From the sequence record JF770475: a DNA stretch of 47,180 bases; one strand, 5' to 3'. The position numbers were made by a program, and so were the translations under genes. Origin of the DNA: Escherichia phage phiEB49. Below, one piece after another: positions 27,100 through 37,171 of the stretch (position 1 is its first letter; the number at the start of each line of letters is the position of its first letter). The notes beneath the pieces were generated by a model. The model was given only the letters and a program-made list of their open reading frames with translations. It searched no databases and had not been told where the DNA came from.

Positions 27100-27453
27100 T
27101 TACTGCATACTGGTAAAAACTTCTACAAACTGCATTGATACAGTCTGCAATTCCCTAGTATTTGGCGTGACGCTGATGCTATCCTGAGCCACAACAAACA
27201 GCTTAAGCTCACCCTGCGGATTTGTCCATGCGAACGGGGTGATGATATGTGCAAAGCAGAAGTCCAATACTTCCTTCCAGTTGGTGTTGGTGTATGTCAT
27301 GTTGTAGGTTCTGACGTTTGTGTTATATCCTCCACTTCCAATTTGCTTGTAGCCGCCACCAAATGAAACCGTCCTTACGTTGCTTGTATTGGTGAAGGAA
27401 CCCCCTCCATTTTGAATCTGAGTACACCAGTTAAAACTTTCTAATGCCATCAT
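27100..27453 (-). CDS. M: minor tail protein (lambda M-like)
   Basis: 117 aa, position between tape measure and L. Confidence 0.65.
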   Translation of the reverse strand: MMALESFNWCTQIQNGGGSFTNTSNVRTVSFGGGYKQIGSGGYNTNVRTYNMTYTNTNWKEVLDFCFAHIITPFAWTNPQGELKLFVVAQDSISVTPNTRELQTVSMQFVEVFTSMQ

Positions 27454-27929
27454 TTACTCCCGTGATTTTTATGAAATCCGTGCTCTACCTCAGCATCCCT
27501 TCTTACCTTTATCGCATCTTCGAGATTTTCATAAATCCCAAGATAGTATTTTTTACCATTTGCGTGTATTGATGCGCACCACTTTGATGCAGCTTTATGC
27601 CACTCAACGCCTACGCATCCACTCTTATTTCTCTTGCTTATGCTTAAGTTCTGATTGTTATGGAATATTGTAACAACCCTTAGGTTTTCAATCCTGTTAT
27701 CTGTCCTGACGTGATTTATATGATCGATTTGCATTCCTTCTGGTATTGGGCCATTATGCATCTCCCAAATCAATCTATGAGCAAGCATGCGATTCTTCAT
27801 GTATGATACCGTTATGTAACCTTGCTTTGTTTTTGCTCCAACGATGTCACCAATGTTGGTCCTATATCTTGGCTTCACCTTCCAGTAAAGAACACCATCT
27901 CTATACTCAAAAATATCATTCCAGTTCAT
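27450..27929 (-). CDS. HNH homing endonuclease with AP2 domain
   Basis: HRL.WE...G.IP.G..IDHIN..R.DNRI.NLR plus AP2-like C-terminus; stop overlaps M start. Confidence 0.75.
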   Translation of the reverse strand: MNWNDIFEYRDGVLYWKVKPRYRTNIGDIVGAKTKQGYITVSYMKNRMLAHRLIWEMHNGPIPEGMQIDHINHVRTDNRIENLRVVTIFHNNQNLSISKRNKSGCVGVEWHKAASKWCASIHANGKKYYLGIYENLEDAIKVRRDAEVEHGFHKNHGSK

Positions 27930-27957
27930 TTCTTAAATCCTCGGTTAATTTTCACTC

Positions 27958-28002
27958 ATTGTATCAAGCCAAGTCCATTTGGCTTTAACAAAAAGTGCTA
28001 TT
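27958..28002 (-). promoter_or_regulatory. dyad-motif promoter for HNH gene
   Basis: Core 27986-28000 (TAACA-N5-TGCTA) abutting tape measure stop; minus TACAAT 27958-27963. Confidence 0.45.
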
Positions 28003-30979
28003 AACTGTAACCGCGCAAGAACTGGTAAGCAGTCCCGCCTTGCTGGAAGGACTGAGTAATCTCTTCTGCGATGATAACCCTGATACCAGATTCTAACTGT
28101 TTAGCGTCATTACCGCCACCACCGCCAAGACCTGTCTGAACGGTAACATTCACACCACCAACGTTAACATTGCTTCCACCAACAAGTCCACCAGTCGCAT
28201 AACCAGGACCAGACCCAACGACACCGCCGTTTGCGTATCCGCGCATCAACTTGTACAGGTTGTCTACGCCAATCCTTGAAGTTGCCTCCTTCGTAAACAC
28301 GAATTCACCACGATGCACCGTACCAGCTGGTTCATACTTACCTCCGTTACCAGTGTAGCCACCAGATGCAAAGCCAAAAGATTTACCAAAGTTAGATATG
28401 GCTGTACCTGTTGAGCCGCCACTACCGCCAAAACTAGATATCGTTGACTCAATCGCCTTAATCAAAAGAAGCTGCGTTGCAATGCGTGCAATCTGCTTCA
28501 AAATCGATGCTGTAAACTCACGGAAATTAGCCTCACCAGTAGTTACCAGGTTTGTGATCTGGTCAGTCAATCCATTGAAAGCACTCATTGCCAGCTCAGA
28601 GCCAATCTGGTTGAAGTTAGACAATTCGTCAGCCGTCTCTGCAAATGCAGACTTAACTCCAGCCAACCAATCGCCACGCAAGGCATCTTCCTGATTGTAG
28701 AAATTCTGACGAGCCTGCAATAGTGCCTGGAAATCAGTGTCATCTACGGAGCCACCTTTAGAAACTTGCTGAGCCTTAAGCGCTTCTATCTCCTTCAGTC
28801 TGTCAGCTTCTCGATTTGCTAATCCAGCACCAAGGCTAACTGATGAGGCTTCAGCGTTAATCTGGCGTGTCTTCTTGATGTTATCATCAAGGAGTTTATT
28901 GGCCCTTTCCTGTAATACAATCTGGTCTCCGAGCTCAGCCTTCTCTCGAGCAAGCCCTAAGATTTTATCCTGTTGCAACAGTAAAGCCCTCTGTTGCTTT
29001 GTGATGGTTCCGTCTGCGAGCCTTTCATTAAGGATTGCAAACTTAGCTTCTTCTGCGAACAACTGCTTGCGCTCGTTGCTGACAACATCACTAATCTGGC
29101 GGTGTTCCTGAAGAACCTTAAGCTGAGCTTGCAGGGCTAAAACGCCAGACTCGTAGTTGATGGTAAGGTCTCGCTGGTCCTTAACACCCTCCTTCCTTTT
29201 CTTGTTTGCCTCCTCAATGTCCTTTAGCTCCTGCTCTCTAGCTTTCCTGCGCTTCTCGAACTCGGCATCAGACTCACCAGTTCTCTGCTGCTCTTCCTGG
29301 GTTGAGGTAACATAACCAAGCTCACCTTTACGAATCCTTGCGTCACGCTCAGCTACTGACTTAACTAACTCTTCGTTAGCTTTCTTTATCCCTTCGTTTT
29401 GCTTTTCGAACTGCTGAACTAGCTCGCTACCAACCCCGTCGGCACCAGGAATGTTCTGGAATGCTTTAATTGTTGAGATCAGGAAGTTATTAATCAGAAC
29501 ATCACCCTGACCAATCAATAGCTGAATCTGCTCAATAGTACCGGCAACAACATCTACGATGAGGTTTAGTGCGCCAAGCGTCCTGTTACCAATATCAGTC
29601 CAAACCCGAGAAACGAAGTTTTTGAAGCTATCCCAGGCCCTCTCGAGAGGCGTTAGTGACTCTGCAACTTTGTTTAGGCGATTCTCCATTACATCAGCAA
29701 ATAGCTTCGTAGCAGCCGTTACAGCCTGCGTCTGACCCTCTGTAATCCTAATCTGCTCGATGTACTTAAGCTGACCAGCAGTTAAGAAGTTAAACTGCTT
29801 ATCAAGCTCAGCCAGACCTTTGACCGGGTCATTTGCGATTTTATCGAAGTTCTTGACGATATCATCAGCTGAATCACCAGTAACAGTTGCCCAGCGCGCA
29901 GTTGCCTCGGTAATAATTGAAATCTGAGCTACCGTGCGGCTTCCACTTGCGACCAATCCATTAGCAATCTCCTGACCAAGGCCTTGAGTTGCTCCAGCAG
30001 CCTCAGCCGCATTTCTCGCCAGATTCTGAACTGCACCTGCTGATAAGTTTGCTGATTGCCCGGTCAGGGTAAGCGTCTGGTTTAACTGCGATGTGTTCTG
30101 ATAGGCCTGATAAGCTGATAGTCCCAAAGCGCCAAGAGCAACACCCAGGGCTCCAGCTGCGACAATGAACGGATTTAATGCAGCAAGAGCAAACCTGAAC
30201 GTGTTGGCAACACCACCAAAGCTATCCTTAATCTGACCACCCTGCTGAATTGCAATTAGCCAGATTGGAATGCCGCCAGCCAATGAAGTTCCAATATCTG
30301 TAATCTGCGCTGGCAACTGCCTAATGGCGTTCTTATATGCGCCAACAGATAGACCAGAACGCTGCAATGCCTGAGATTGCCTTGTTAATGCTGCTGCGGA
30401 TTGGTCGGCTGCCGCTCCGATTTGTGCAATAATTGGCGCAGCCTGGCTTGAGACTCCTAGTTCTGCCGCCCTTAGCTTTAACAGCTCCTCGCGCGTTAAT
30501 GTTGCTGCCTGAGCCTCAGCTTGCAAAGACTTGAGGAATCTTTCAGCCTGGTTTGCGGCTTGAGCCTTAGCTTTTGACGCCTCGATTGCAGCCCTGCCTT
30601 CCTCTGTTAATGCACGCTGCGAGTTACGAAGCCTATTAGTCTGAGTCTCAAGAGCCTCACTTAAACGGTAGAATTCAGCCTCAGGAACAACGCCAGCAGA
30701 GAATGATTTATCCAGTGCGTCAGCTGCTTCCTGTAGTTTGCGAAGTTTTCCTGCTGTTGGGTCGATTGCCGTTTGCAGTTGACGGAAAGCCTGACGCTGT
30801 TCAGACAAGTATCTTGCCGTGTCGCGGGCCTGATTCTTGGCAACCAACTCAGCGTTAACGAACTCACTAACACCAGCAGCCGCCTGTTCATTGGCGCGTT
30901 TAAATTCTTGCAGGGACTTTGTGCCCTGGTCAACCTGGCGAACGTCAACGCCAAGTGTGATACCTGCAAATTCTGCCAT
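28001..30979 (-). CDS. tail tape measure protein
   Basis: About 990 aa, Ala/Gln-rich coiled-coil, Gly-rich C-terminus; start set to ATG 30979 after GGAGG. Confidence 0.85.
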   Translation of the reverse strand: MAEFAGITLGVDVRQVDQGTKSLQEFKRANEQAAAGVSEFVNAELVAKNQARDTARYLSEQRQAFRQLQTAIDPTAGKLRKLQEAADALDKSFSAGVVPEAEFYRLSEALETQTNRLRNSQRALTEEGRAAIEASKAKAQAANQAERFLKSLQAEAQAATLTREELLKLRAAELGVSSQAAPIIAQIGAAADQSAAALTRQSQALQRSGLSVGAYKNAIRQLPAQITDIGTSLAGGIPIWLIAIQQGGQIKDSFGGVANTFRFALAALNPFIVAAGALGVALGALGLSAYQAYQNTSQLNQTLTLTGQSANLSAGAVQNLARNAAEAAGATQGLGQEIANGLVASGSRTVAQISIITEATARWATVTGDSADDIVKNFDKIANDPVKGLAELDKQFNFLTAGQLKYIEQIRITEGQTQAVTAATKLFADVMENRLNKVAESLTPLERAWDSFKNFVSRVWTDIGNRTLGALNLIVDVVAGTIEQIQLLIGQGDVLINNFLISTIKAFQNIPGADGVGSELVQQFEKQNEGIKKANEELVKSVAERDARIRKGELGYVTSTQEEQQRTGESDAEFEKRRKAREQELKDIEEANKKRKEGVKDQRDLTINYESGVLALQAQLKVLQEHRQISDVVSNERKQLFAEEAKFAILNERLADGTITKQQRALLLQQDKILGLAREKAELGDQIVLQERANKLLDDNIKKTRQINAEASSVSLGAGLANREADRLKEIEALKAQQVSKGGSVDDTDFQALLQARQNFYNQEDALRGDWLAGVKSAFAETADELSNFNQIGSELAMSAFNGLTDQITNLVTTGEANFREFTASILKQIARIATQLLLIKAIESTISSFGGSGGSTGTAISNFGKSFGFASGGYTGNGGKYEPAGTVHRGEFVFTKEATSRIGVDNLYKLMRGYANGGVVGSGPGYATGGLVGGSNVNVGGVNVTVQTGLGGGGGNDAKQLESGIRVIIAEEITQSFQQGGTAYQFLRGYS

Positions 30980-30989
30980 GTAACCTCCA

Positions 30990-31021
30990 TAAAAAAACCT
31001 CCACAAAGGGAGGTTATTTTT
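30990..31021 (-). terminator. hairpin with flanking T/A runs upstream of tape measure gene
   Basis: CCTCC-acaaag-GGAGG with A-run and T-run flanks. Confidence 0.45.
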
Positions 31022-31268
31022 GCCTTACTTGCATCATCTCAAGTGCTTTGCACTCCAGTACTCGCAAGTCATTTAAAGTCATCTCTTTGTCCTTGACATT
31101 ATACACATCAAAGAGGAAAGGGAGTACTGAATAATCTATTCCGGTAGCGCCGTTCATACCTACACGCCATTGAGTTGAAACTGCCTGATAAACAGTCCAT
31201 GCCAGCATCATGTCGTCATCGAAGAATAATTCCTCTGGCTCCTCATCTTCATAATCCGAACGCCGCAT
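31014..31268 (-). CDS. putative tail assembly chaperone extension (GT-like -1 frame segment)
   Basis: ORF in -1 frame relative to upstream chaperone, open through the G stop; no canonical slippery heptamer seen. Confidence 0.35.
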   Translation of the reverse strand: MRRSDYEDEEPEELFFDDDMMLAWTVYQAVSTQWRVGMNGATGIDYSVLPFLFDVYNVKDKEMTLNDLRVLECKALEMMQVRQK

Positions 31269-31330
31269 GCCAATAGCTTCAAGCTCGGCGTCCGTTGGCT
31301 CTCTTTGGTATTGTAGATATACTGCGCGCT

Positions 31331-31645
31331 TTAGACCTTTGCGCGCTGGCCCGCCAGAGCTTGCATATAAGCGTTAGTCAGTGCCAGGACGGATGCAGGG
31401 AAAAGAGACACCAGCTCCTCGATGTTCTCGTCATTAAATTCTTCCTCAAGGTTCCAGCCGCTGCAGATCTCTTTCACAAAATCAAAATCCTTAAGACCCT
31501 CAGTCTGAAAAACTTCCTGAATCTCTTTTGCCTTACGATGCTTTGCTGTAAAGATAACCTCAGCTTCATCACCGTTAATCATCTGGAATTTTACAGGTAA
31601 CTTGAAGTCAGGCAACGCGCCAAGTTTGAGTTTGAATTTTGCCAT
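31331..31645 (-). CDS. tail assembly chaperone (lambda G-like)
   Basis: Position between major tail and tape measure; acidic C-terminal half; start set to ATG 31645 after GAGAGGAG. Confidence 0.5.
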   Translation of the reverse strand: MAKFKLKLGALPDFKLPVKFQMINGDEAEVIFTAKHRKAKEIQEVFQTEGLKDFDFVKEICSGWNLEEEFNDENIEELVSLFPASVLALTNAYMQALAGQRAKV

Positions 31646-31681
31646 TTTTATTACTCCTCTCGTAAATTGAATCATGATTAT

Positions 31682-31710
31682 AAAATAAAAAAGCCCTCAT
31701 TGCGAGGGCC
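31682..31710 (-). terminator. intrinsic terminator after major tail gene
   Basis: Minus-strand GGCCCTC-gcaat-GAGGGC followed by TTTTTTATTTT. Confidence 0.6.
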
Positions 31711-31717
31711 TTGTAAC

Positions 31718-32311
31718 TTATGCTGCCAGGAAGCTGTAGCGTCCACGCACCGTAATCGCTACGGATACAGTTTCGATTTCATTAACGGAAACGTTTGGAG
31801 TTTCGTTAAAAGCAACGGTACCAGTCCACAAGCGAACTTCGCTAGCTTTCGGTACATATGCACGAATCGCAGTAACCTTGCCACTTTCATCCAGTTCACG
31901 AAGGATTGGGTAGATTGGGTTATTGTATTCATGAGCAAAAGTATAGGTCGTGTTTACTGCAGACTTGTAGGTAGGAATCTGCTGTTCACGGTCATCGCTC
32001 AAGCACTGATAGGTAACGAACTGCTGCTCACCACCATCAGTAGAAACATCCTGAATACAAGGCATTTCAAACCAGGTAAGAACCTTAGCGATAGTTGCCG
32101 TGCCGCCAGCCGGGAATTTCAGGGTTGAAGTGGTATCGATACCTTCGACGGTGATAGTCGTATCGGTGGTAGACACTACGCGAAGCTGCTTATCAGCCAG
32201 GTTAGACCAGGTTGCAGATTCAACAACAATGAAATCGCCGTCAGCGAAGGTTGAAGCGTCAGCGACAGTCATGACTGGTTGTGTCGCGTTAGTAATGGCT
32301 GAAACGGTCAC
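31718..32311 (-). CDS. major tail (tube) protein
   Basis: 197 aa, Thr/Val-rich, position before chaperones; GTG start, 5' extent uncertain. Confidence 0.55.
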   Translation of the reverse strand: MTVSAITNATQPVMTVADASTFADGDFIVVESATWSNLADKQLRVVSTTDTTITVEGIDTTSTLKFPAGGTATIAKVLTWFEMPCIQDVSTDGGEQQFVTYQCLSDDREQQIPTYKSAVNTTYTFAHEYNNPIYPILRELDESGKVTAIRAYVPKASEVRLWTGTVAFNETPNVSVNEIETVSVAITVRGRYSFLAA

Positions 32312-32389
32312 AGCCTCCGAGCGCGAGCCCTCGATGAAAATTTGAGATCCGTTTGCGAGATGGGCAATAATACACCTCCAAGTAACAAG

Positions 32390-32872
32390 TTAATATTTAA
32401 TGTCTCTCATTGCATGATTGCGATGATAGCCTAATGAAACCTCTGCAACAATTCTTGCTTCGCACGCTGAGATAAAGGACTTGTAATGACCGAGGCTTAT
32501 AGCCTTACCATTGTCTGATATCATTGCGTGCCACAAATCGTCGCGCTGGTTGTAGTTTACACCATTGACGCCAGGCAGTCTACGACGCCTTTTACATAAA
32601 TTTCTTCTATTTCCAGATGCTGAAACGCATCGGAGGTTTTCTATACGATTATCATCCCTAATGCCGTTTATGTGATCAATTTGCATTCCATCAGGTATCG
32701 CCCCATTGTGCATCTCCCATATAATCCTATGCACATACATCTTACCTGTCATTGTGACGTACATTTGTAGGTATCCATTTGGTTTGTTGTATCCGAGTCG
32801 CTTACTACAACCATTCTTCGTGAGATATCCTTCGCTGTGATATTCGTAATTTGAATTTAGAAAATCTTTCAT
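32390..32872 (-). CDS. HNH homing endonuclease with AP2 domain
   Basis: HRIIWEMHNGAIPDGMQIDHINGIRDDNRIENLR motif. Confidence 0.75.
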   Translation of the reverse strand: MKDFLNSNYEYHSEGYLTKNGCSKRLGYNKPNGYLQMYVTMTGKMYVHRIIWEMHNGAIPDGMQIDHINGIRDDNRIENLRCVSASGNRRNLCKRRRRLPGVNGVNYNQRDDLWHAMISDNGKAISLGHYKSFISACEARIVAEVSLGYHRNHAMRDIKY

Positions 32873-32899
32873 ATAAACACCCTCATTTAAGTTACTTCC

Positions 32900-32944
32900 A
32901 TAATAACAAAAGCCCCAGGAGGGGCTTTAACAAAAAGTGCTATC
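32900..32944 (-). promoter_or_regulatory. dyad-motif promoter with GC hairpin in spacer
   Basis: Core 32928-32942; spacer hairpin GCCCC-tcct-GGGGC; minus TATTAT 32900-32905. Confidence 0.45.
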
Positions 32945-33329
32945 AATCGATTCTGACGTAGAACCTTACAGGTAAAAACCAGCCGCTCTGGGATTTAACT
33001 GGAGGGTACACGGACCCACCCTCGTAAATGTATCCATAATCAAGCCGCCTGCCATCGAAGAAGTGATCAGCTAATCTCCCAGCCAATTGGCGAGGCCTAT
33101 CAGTTCCCTCACCTGGTGAAAAGAATATAGAGACCTGAACCATTCCTACGTAATAACGGCATGTTCTCTGCAGTCCCCACGTCACACTATCAACCTCCGT
33201 ATAGTCAAACTTCAACCATGAACTTCCGTTTTTGGGCGGGGTGAAACCGCAGTTCTCATAATCCACTGGAAGTCCGCCAGCAATATCAACAGCGGCATCA
33301 CTAACCAGCTTTCTTGCTGCTACCATCAT
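32943..33329 (-). CDS. putative tail terminator / tail completion protein
   Basis: Position between neck proteins and major tail; ORF track 32943..33458 trimmed to ATG 33329. Confidence 0.4.
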   Translation of the reverse strand: MMVAARKLVSDAAVDIAGGLPVDYENCGFTPPKNGSSWLKFDYTEVDSVTWGLQRTCRYYVGMVQVSIFFSPGEGTDRPRQLAGRLADHFFDGRRLDYGYIYEGGSVYPPVKSQSGWFLPVRFYVRID

Positions 33330-33330
33330 T

Positions 33331-33759
33331 TCATAGTGCACGTTTAGCCTCCTGTACCGCCTCAGCGAAGTAACGACCCAGCCTTTTTTGGACCACACCA
33401 AGAACGCCAGAAGGCGCCTGATTGGATGAACCAAACTCAAGTCCTTGCGCATAATCAAGGCGGTTGGTAATGTAAATTACTTTAGTATTGGTATCCCTGG
33501 CGAGTGCGTAGATCTGCCTACGAAGAGAGTTTCGAGTCTCATTGCCGTCAGGGTCGTAATTATTCAGTGACTGCGCTGCTGGTGAGTTTCCAGTAGCCTG
33601 CCAGTTACCTCTAAATCTACCCGTATCAACCGGAGATAGCTTAACTATGTCGTTGGCAGCCTTGGTTAATGTGCCATCCACGATCAATTCTACGCCCTCT
33701 GTTACCCCATCAATCCATTCGTTAATTGAATTCCTGAAACTTACAACGTCATTAGCCAT
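33331..33759 (-). CDS. putative neck / tail completion protein (HK97 gp10-like)
   Basis: SPVDTGRFRGNW segment resembles gp10-family signature. Confidence 0.4.
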   Translation of the reverse strand: MANDVVSFRNSINEWIDGVTEGVELIVDGTLTKAANDIVKLSPVDTGRFRGNWQATGNSPAAQSLNNYDPDGNETRNSLRRQIYALARDTNTKVIYITNRLDYAQGLEFGSSNQAPSGVLGVVQKRLGRYFAEAVQEAKRAL

Positions 33760-34129
33760 AAGTTGCAGCCCTCCGCAATACTGGCCTGTAGGCGATTACC
33801 GTACCGGTTGGCTTTACTGGCCTTGGGTCAATGACTGTATAGGCTTCCTGGTCAATGTAGATGCGATCGCCTTCCGATACAACTGAATCAGCAGTAAAAA
33901 TTCCGCGACGGTCACCTAATTTGATTATATCACCGTCAATGTCTCGCGCTTTGAATTCACGGATAACACCTCGCACTGTGTATGAAGTGCCAGGCGTGCG
34001 CACTTCGTAGCCATTTACGATCGAGATGGTTGGTTGAGTTGTAGCTTCGAAAACGCCATCACCATCTGAAAGTAGATTGATTCCAGTTTTGATCTGCTGT
34101 TGCAAAAGTGCATGATTCATCTGCAGCAC
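33752..34129 (-). CDS. putative head-tail joining protein
   Basis: ORF track, position. Confidence 0.4.
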   Translation of the reverse strand: MLQMNHALLQQQIKTGINLLSDGDGVFEATTQPTISIVNGYEVRTPGTSYTVRGVIREFKARDIDGDIIKLGDRRGIFTADSVVSEGDRIYIDQEAYTVIDPRPVKPTGTVIAYRPVLRRAATYG

Positions 34130-34518
34130 CTCGGACCACTAGCGGTAATTAAGCCCCAGCGACCAACCTTGCGACGCATCAAATCAATGTAAAGCTTACC
34201 CCATGAGGATGCTTCAAGGTTAGATGAGCTTGCGGCAGCAGTGCTGGTATCATAGCTAATCGTGTACTCGCCGGAGAGTGAGTAGGACTTAACCCGGTCA
34301 GAGGATGTCTGGCTTGAATCATTCTCAGTCTTAAGCGCGATGTCCTGGCTAAGCAAGTGAAGCGTGTAGAATGCTAGTGCCTGAACCTGTTTATCGCCAA
34401 ACTTATCAAGACAGATAAACAGCTTCGCTACCTCAATCCATGCATTAAGAACATCATCAGTCTGATTGTTAAGTGGCGGGTAAAGGGTGCGCATGTACGC
34501 AATTACTTCTTCATTCAT
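34117..34518 (-). CDS. putative head-tail connector protein
   Basis: ORF track 34117..34668 trimmed to ATG 34518 to avoid overlap. Confidence 0.4.
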   Translation of the reverse strand: MNEEVIAYMRTLYPPLNNQTDDVLNAWIEVAKLFICLDKFGDKQVQALAFYTLHLLSQDIALKTENDSSQTSSDRVKSYSLSGEYTISYDTSTAAASSSNLEASSWGKLYIDLMRRKVGRWGLITASGPRCCR

Positions 34519-34561
34519 TTGATATCTCCATACAATAAAGGACGCCGAAGCGCCCTGTTTG

Positions 34562-34807
34562 TTATTTGTACTCGTTACCAGTCTCAGCTTCGGAGATGGT
34601 TTTCGGTTCTTTGCGCTTCTTCTTGCTAACAATTTCTTGCGCGATCTGTTTGGTTGCTTTAGCGTCACCTTCGATGGTCAGTTTACCATCTGCGATTAAA
34701 CGCTTGAGTCCGTCGCAAATTGCATCAACCTCGAAAGTGTCACCAGGTAAATATTTCTCACCCTTGTAAACGATAAGGCAAGCGCCAGTGTGTTCTAAAC
34801 GAATCAT
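34562..34807 (-). CDS. hypothetical head-associated protein (81 aa)
   Basis: ORF track. Confidence 0.4.
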   Translation of the reverse strand: MIRLEHTGACLIVYKGEKYLPGDTFEVDAICDGLKRLIADGKLTIEGDAKATKQIAQEIVSKKKRKEPKTISEAETGNEYK

Positions 34808-34852
34808 TTTTATCTCCTTTGTTTATCTGATTTGGTGATTATACGTCAATAG

Positions 34853-35377
34853 CTAAACTCTAGCAAATTCCTTGCATAGCTCCCTCTGCTTTTCTTCGTA
34901 AGCTAAAGCCGCCATCTCTGCCGTTTCGAAGTACCCTAAGTTTATTTCCTTCCCATCATACCTTAACCTAGCCCTACATCTGCCAGTTTGTTTAAAGTAT
35001 GACACACCCTTAAACCCGCTTGAGTTATCTCTGTGTGCTTTTTTGTTTGCGCTGTTTTGCTTTCTGTTAGCAAGTCTTAGATTTGATATTGAATTATTTA
35101 TCCCATTCATATCAATATGATCAACCTCGAATCCATACGGTATATCCCCATTCGCCACTATCCATAATAATCTATGAGCTAAGTGTGACTTCCCATTTAT
35201 AGAAATCCTGATGTATTTAGGGCCTGACTTGCACTCAAGCAATGAACCAGCGACTTTTCCGGCATTCCTTCCATTCCATTGCGGACTTAAATCATCCCTA
35301 TACTTCCATTTGATTAATCCAGTCTTAAAATCAACATCAAGTATCTTGTTTATCTCTTCTTTTTTTGGGTATTTCAT
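34853..35377 (-). CDS. HNH homing endonuclease with AP2 domain
   Basis: HRLLWIVANGDIPYGFEVDHIDMNGINNSISNLR motif. Confidence 0.7.
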   Translation of the reverse strand: MKYPKKEEINKILDVDFKTGLIKWKYRDDLSPQWNGRNAGKVAGSLLECKSGPKYIRISINGKSHLAHRLLWIVANGDIPYGFEVDHIDMNGINNSISNLRLANRKQNSANKKAHRDNSSGFKGVSYFKQTGRCRARLRYDGKEINLGYFETAEMAALAYEEKQRELCKEFARV

Positions 35378-35399
35378 AAACCCTCCGTTTTGCTATAGA

Positions 35400-35449
35400 C
35401 AAAAAAATAGCACCCCGAAGGGTGCTTATCATTAGCAAATCGTGCTATT
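35400..35449 (-). promoter_or_regulatory. dyad motif plus hairpin upstream of HNH gene
   Basis: Core 35433-35447 at capsid gene stop; hairpin GCACCC-ttcg-GGGTGC followed by T7. Confidence 0.4.
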
Positions 35450-36389
35450 ACGCGAAGGTGATACCCTTCATTACTGCAAACGTTAAAGGCCTGTAAATTA
35501 CCAAACCTGTCGACTTGGAAGTCACTGGGTATTTGATGTGTAAATCCTTCACTTGACCCGGAAGTACGTTGGTAGCTTCTGGAATCTCGATGCTAGCGTT
35601 CAGCGGATTCTTCTCAAAAGCCAGTGCAGCTTTACCACCTGCGCCATCGTAGTTATCCAGGAACTGAAGGTAACGCAGATTGATACCCGAGTTGTTGGTG
35701 GCGAACAGCTGCGCGTAACTGATAGAGGTGTTAGGAACCAGCTCTTGCATCAGGCGTCGAGCGGAAGCGGGCAGCAAGATATCAGTTGCGGTGTGAGTGC
35801 CATTGGTTGAAGTCTCGATTGCATCAATAAGTGCGGTGATATCAGTCATGGCAGCAGCTGCTGAGTTCCAAGTACCAGCAACAACGTTGTTGATGTTCGG
35901 ATGGTCGAATACGCTAGGGATACCGTGCGGAGCAGAGCCAGACCAAACCAGCTTATCAAGCAGGTTGTCGTGCGCTTCGAATGCAAGTGCCTGTTTGCGC
36001 GTTGATAGAGACTGACCAGTTGCAGCGCCAGCTTTAATTTCATCCGTAGAAATCAGGAATGCGTTACCGAAACGGAACACTTTACCTTGTTTCTCAGTCA
36101 TGAAAGCATCAACCAGCGGCAGGTCGTCAGAGTAATCAGCGATAATCTGAGCAATACCAACACCATCAAATTCTGGATATTCGAAATACTTCGCATGACC
36201 AGGGATTTCATTGGTTACAGGGAAAATGTTAACAACAGAGTTTTCTGCATATTCTTTTTCATAAGCGCGATTAAGAGCGGCGGTCAGCTGGCTAACGGTC
36301 CAGATACCAGCGGCATCTGCTTTATCTACGCCCATTTGCTCTAGGTGAGCGGTGATTTTTGCTTGTTCTGCATCAAATTTAATGGCCAT
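35448..36389 (-). CDS. major capsid protein
   Basis: 313 aa, position after scaffold and decoration-like genes, TATAAT and good RBS upstream; fold assignment not verified. Confidence 0.6.
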   Translation of the reverse strand: MAIKFDAEQAKITAHLEQMGVDKADAAGIWTVSQLTAALNRAYEKEYAENSVVNIFPVTNEIPGHAKYFEYPEFDGVGIAQIIADYSDDLPLVDAFMTEKQGKVFRFGNAFLISTDEIKAGAATGQSLSTRKQALAFEAHDNLLDKLVWSGSAPHGIPSVFDHPNINNVVAGTWNSAAAAMTDITALIDAIETSTNGTHTATDILLPASARRLMQELVPNTSISYAQLFATNNSGINLRYLQFLDNYDGAGGKAALAFEKNPLNASIEIPEATNVLPGQVKDLHIKYPVTSKSTGLVIYRPLTFAVMKGITFA

Positions 36390-36481
36390 TCTTTATTGTT
36401 CCTTTTCAGTTATGTGTCTACGGATTCATTATACAGTAGGGCGACTGCAAATCAACAGATAAGTTAGTCGCCCACGATGCG

Positions 36482-37171
36482 TTAGCTTGCGATGATCTTA
36501 GCTACGCGAAGCTGCGCGAGAAGGTCGTTTAGCTTAGTGCCTACCGCGTTAACTGCAGCGGTGGCTGATGTAGCTACTTCGGCGGCTTCAGCACCAGTCA
36601 CGGTCTGGCTCCCAACGTTAGCAACCGCCGCACCAGCAACAAACTTGTTACCCGGCATTGCGTTAGTCGCGCCAGTGCCAATCTGGATGGCTCCAGCAGC
36701 AGTGGTGCTTGCAAGTGGGAGACCAGACACAGGAACTACGCCACCAATGTTAGTCAAAGTCTTGTTTCCAGCCATAGCCTGGTTTGCTGCGGTGCCGACA
36801 ATTGGCGAGAAAGTGGATGGCTTTCCAGTTACGTCTCCCCACGCCACAGAGACGGAGCCGCCAGCACTGCCTTTATATGCATAGGCAAAGAACTGACCTG
36901 ACGACAGACTCAGGCTTGATGTGTCAATGGTGAAGCCATCATCAGACGCGGCCTCGATAGCATCGAACAGATTGCGCATATTGGTGGAGGTGATTACCTT
37001 CGCTTCGGTGATTGAGCTGTCAGCACCTTTTGCGACAACGACAGAATATGACTGAGAGCCACTTACCGTGATTTTACTTACTGGCTGAAAACCATCATCG
37101 ATAGCGGCTTGAAGCAGCGTGTTGAATCTACCGCTATCCGCACTGATAGCTTTAACTTCGGTATAAGCCAT
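36482..37171 (-). CDS. structural protein with Ala/Gly-rich repeats
   Basis: ORF track; repeats like AMAGNK / AMPGNK. Confidence 0.4.
   Translation of the reverse strand: MAYTEVKAISADSGRFNTLLQAAIDDGFQPVSKITVSGSQSYSVVVAKGADSSITEAKVITSTNMRNLFDAIEAASDDGFTIDTSSLSLSSGQFFAYAYKGSAGGSVSVAWGDVTGKPSTFSPIVGTAANQAMAGNKTLTNIGGVVPVSGLPLASTTAAGAIQIGTGATNAMPGNKFVAGAAVANVGSQTVTGAEAAEVATSATAAVNAVGTKLNDLLAQLRVAKIIAS

Noticed and set aside
28264-29111. ORFs 28264..28452, 28398..28694 and 28875..29111 within the tape measure gene
   Set aside because: Nested or antisense to the tape measure ORF and Ala/Ser-rich from the GC-rich coiled-coil codons; not independent genes.
31667-32345. Plus-strand ORFs 31667..32128 and 32100..32345 opposite the major tail gene
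   Set aside because: Antisense to the major tail gene and spanning a terminator hairpin; no RBS.
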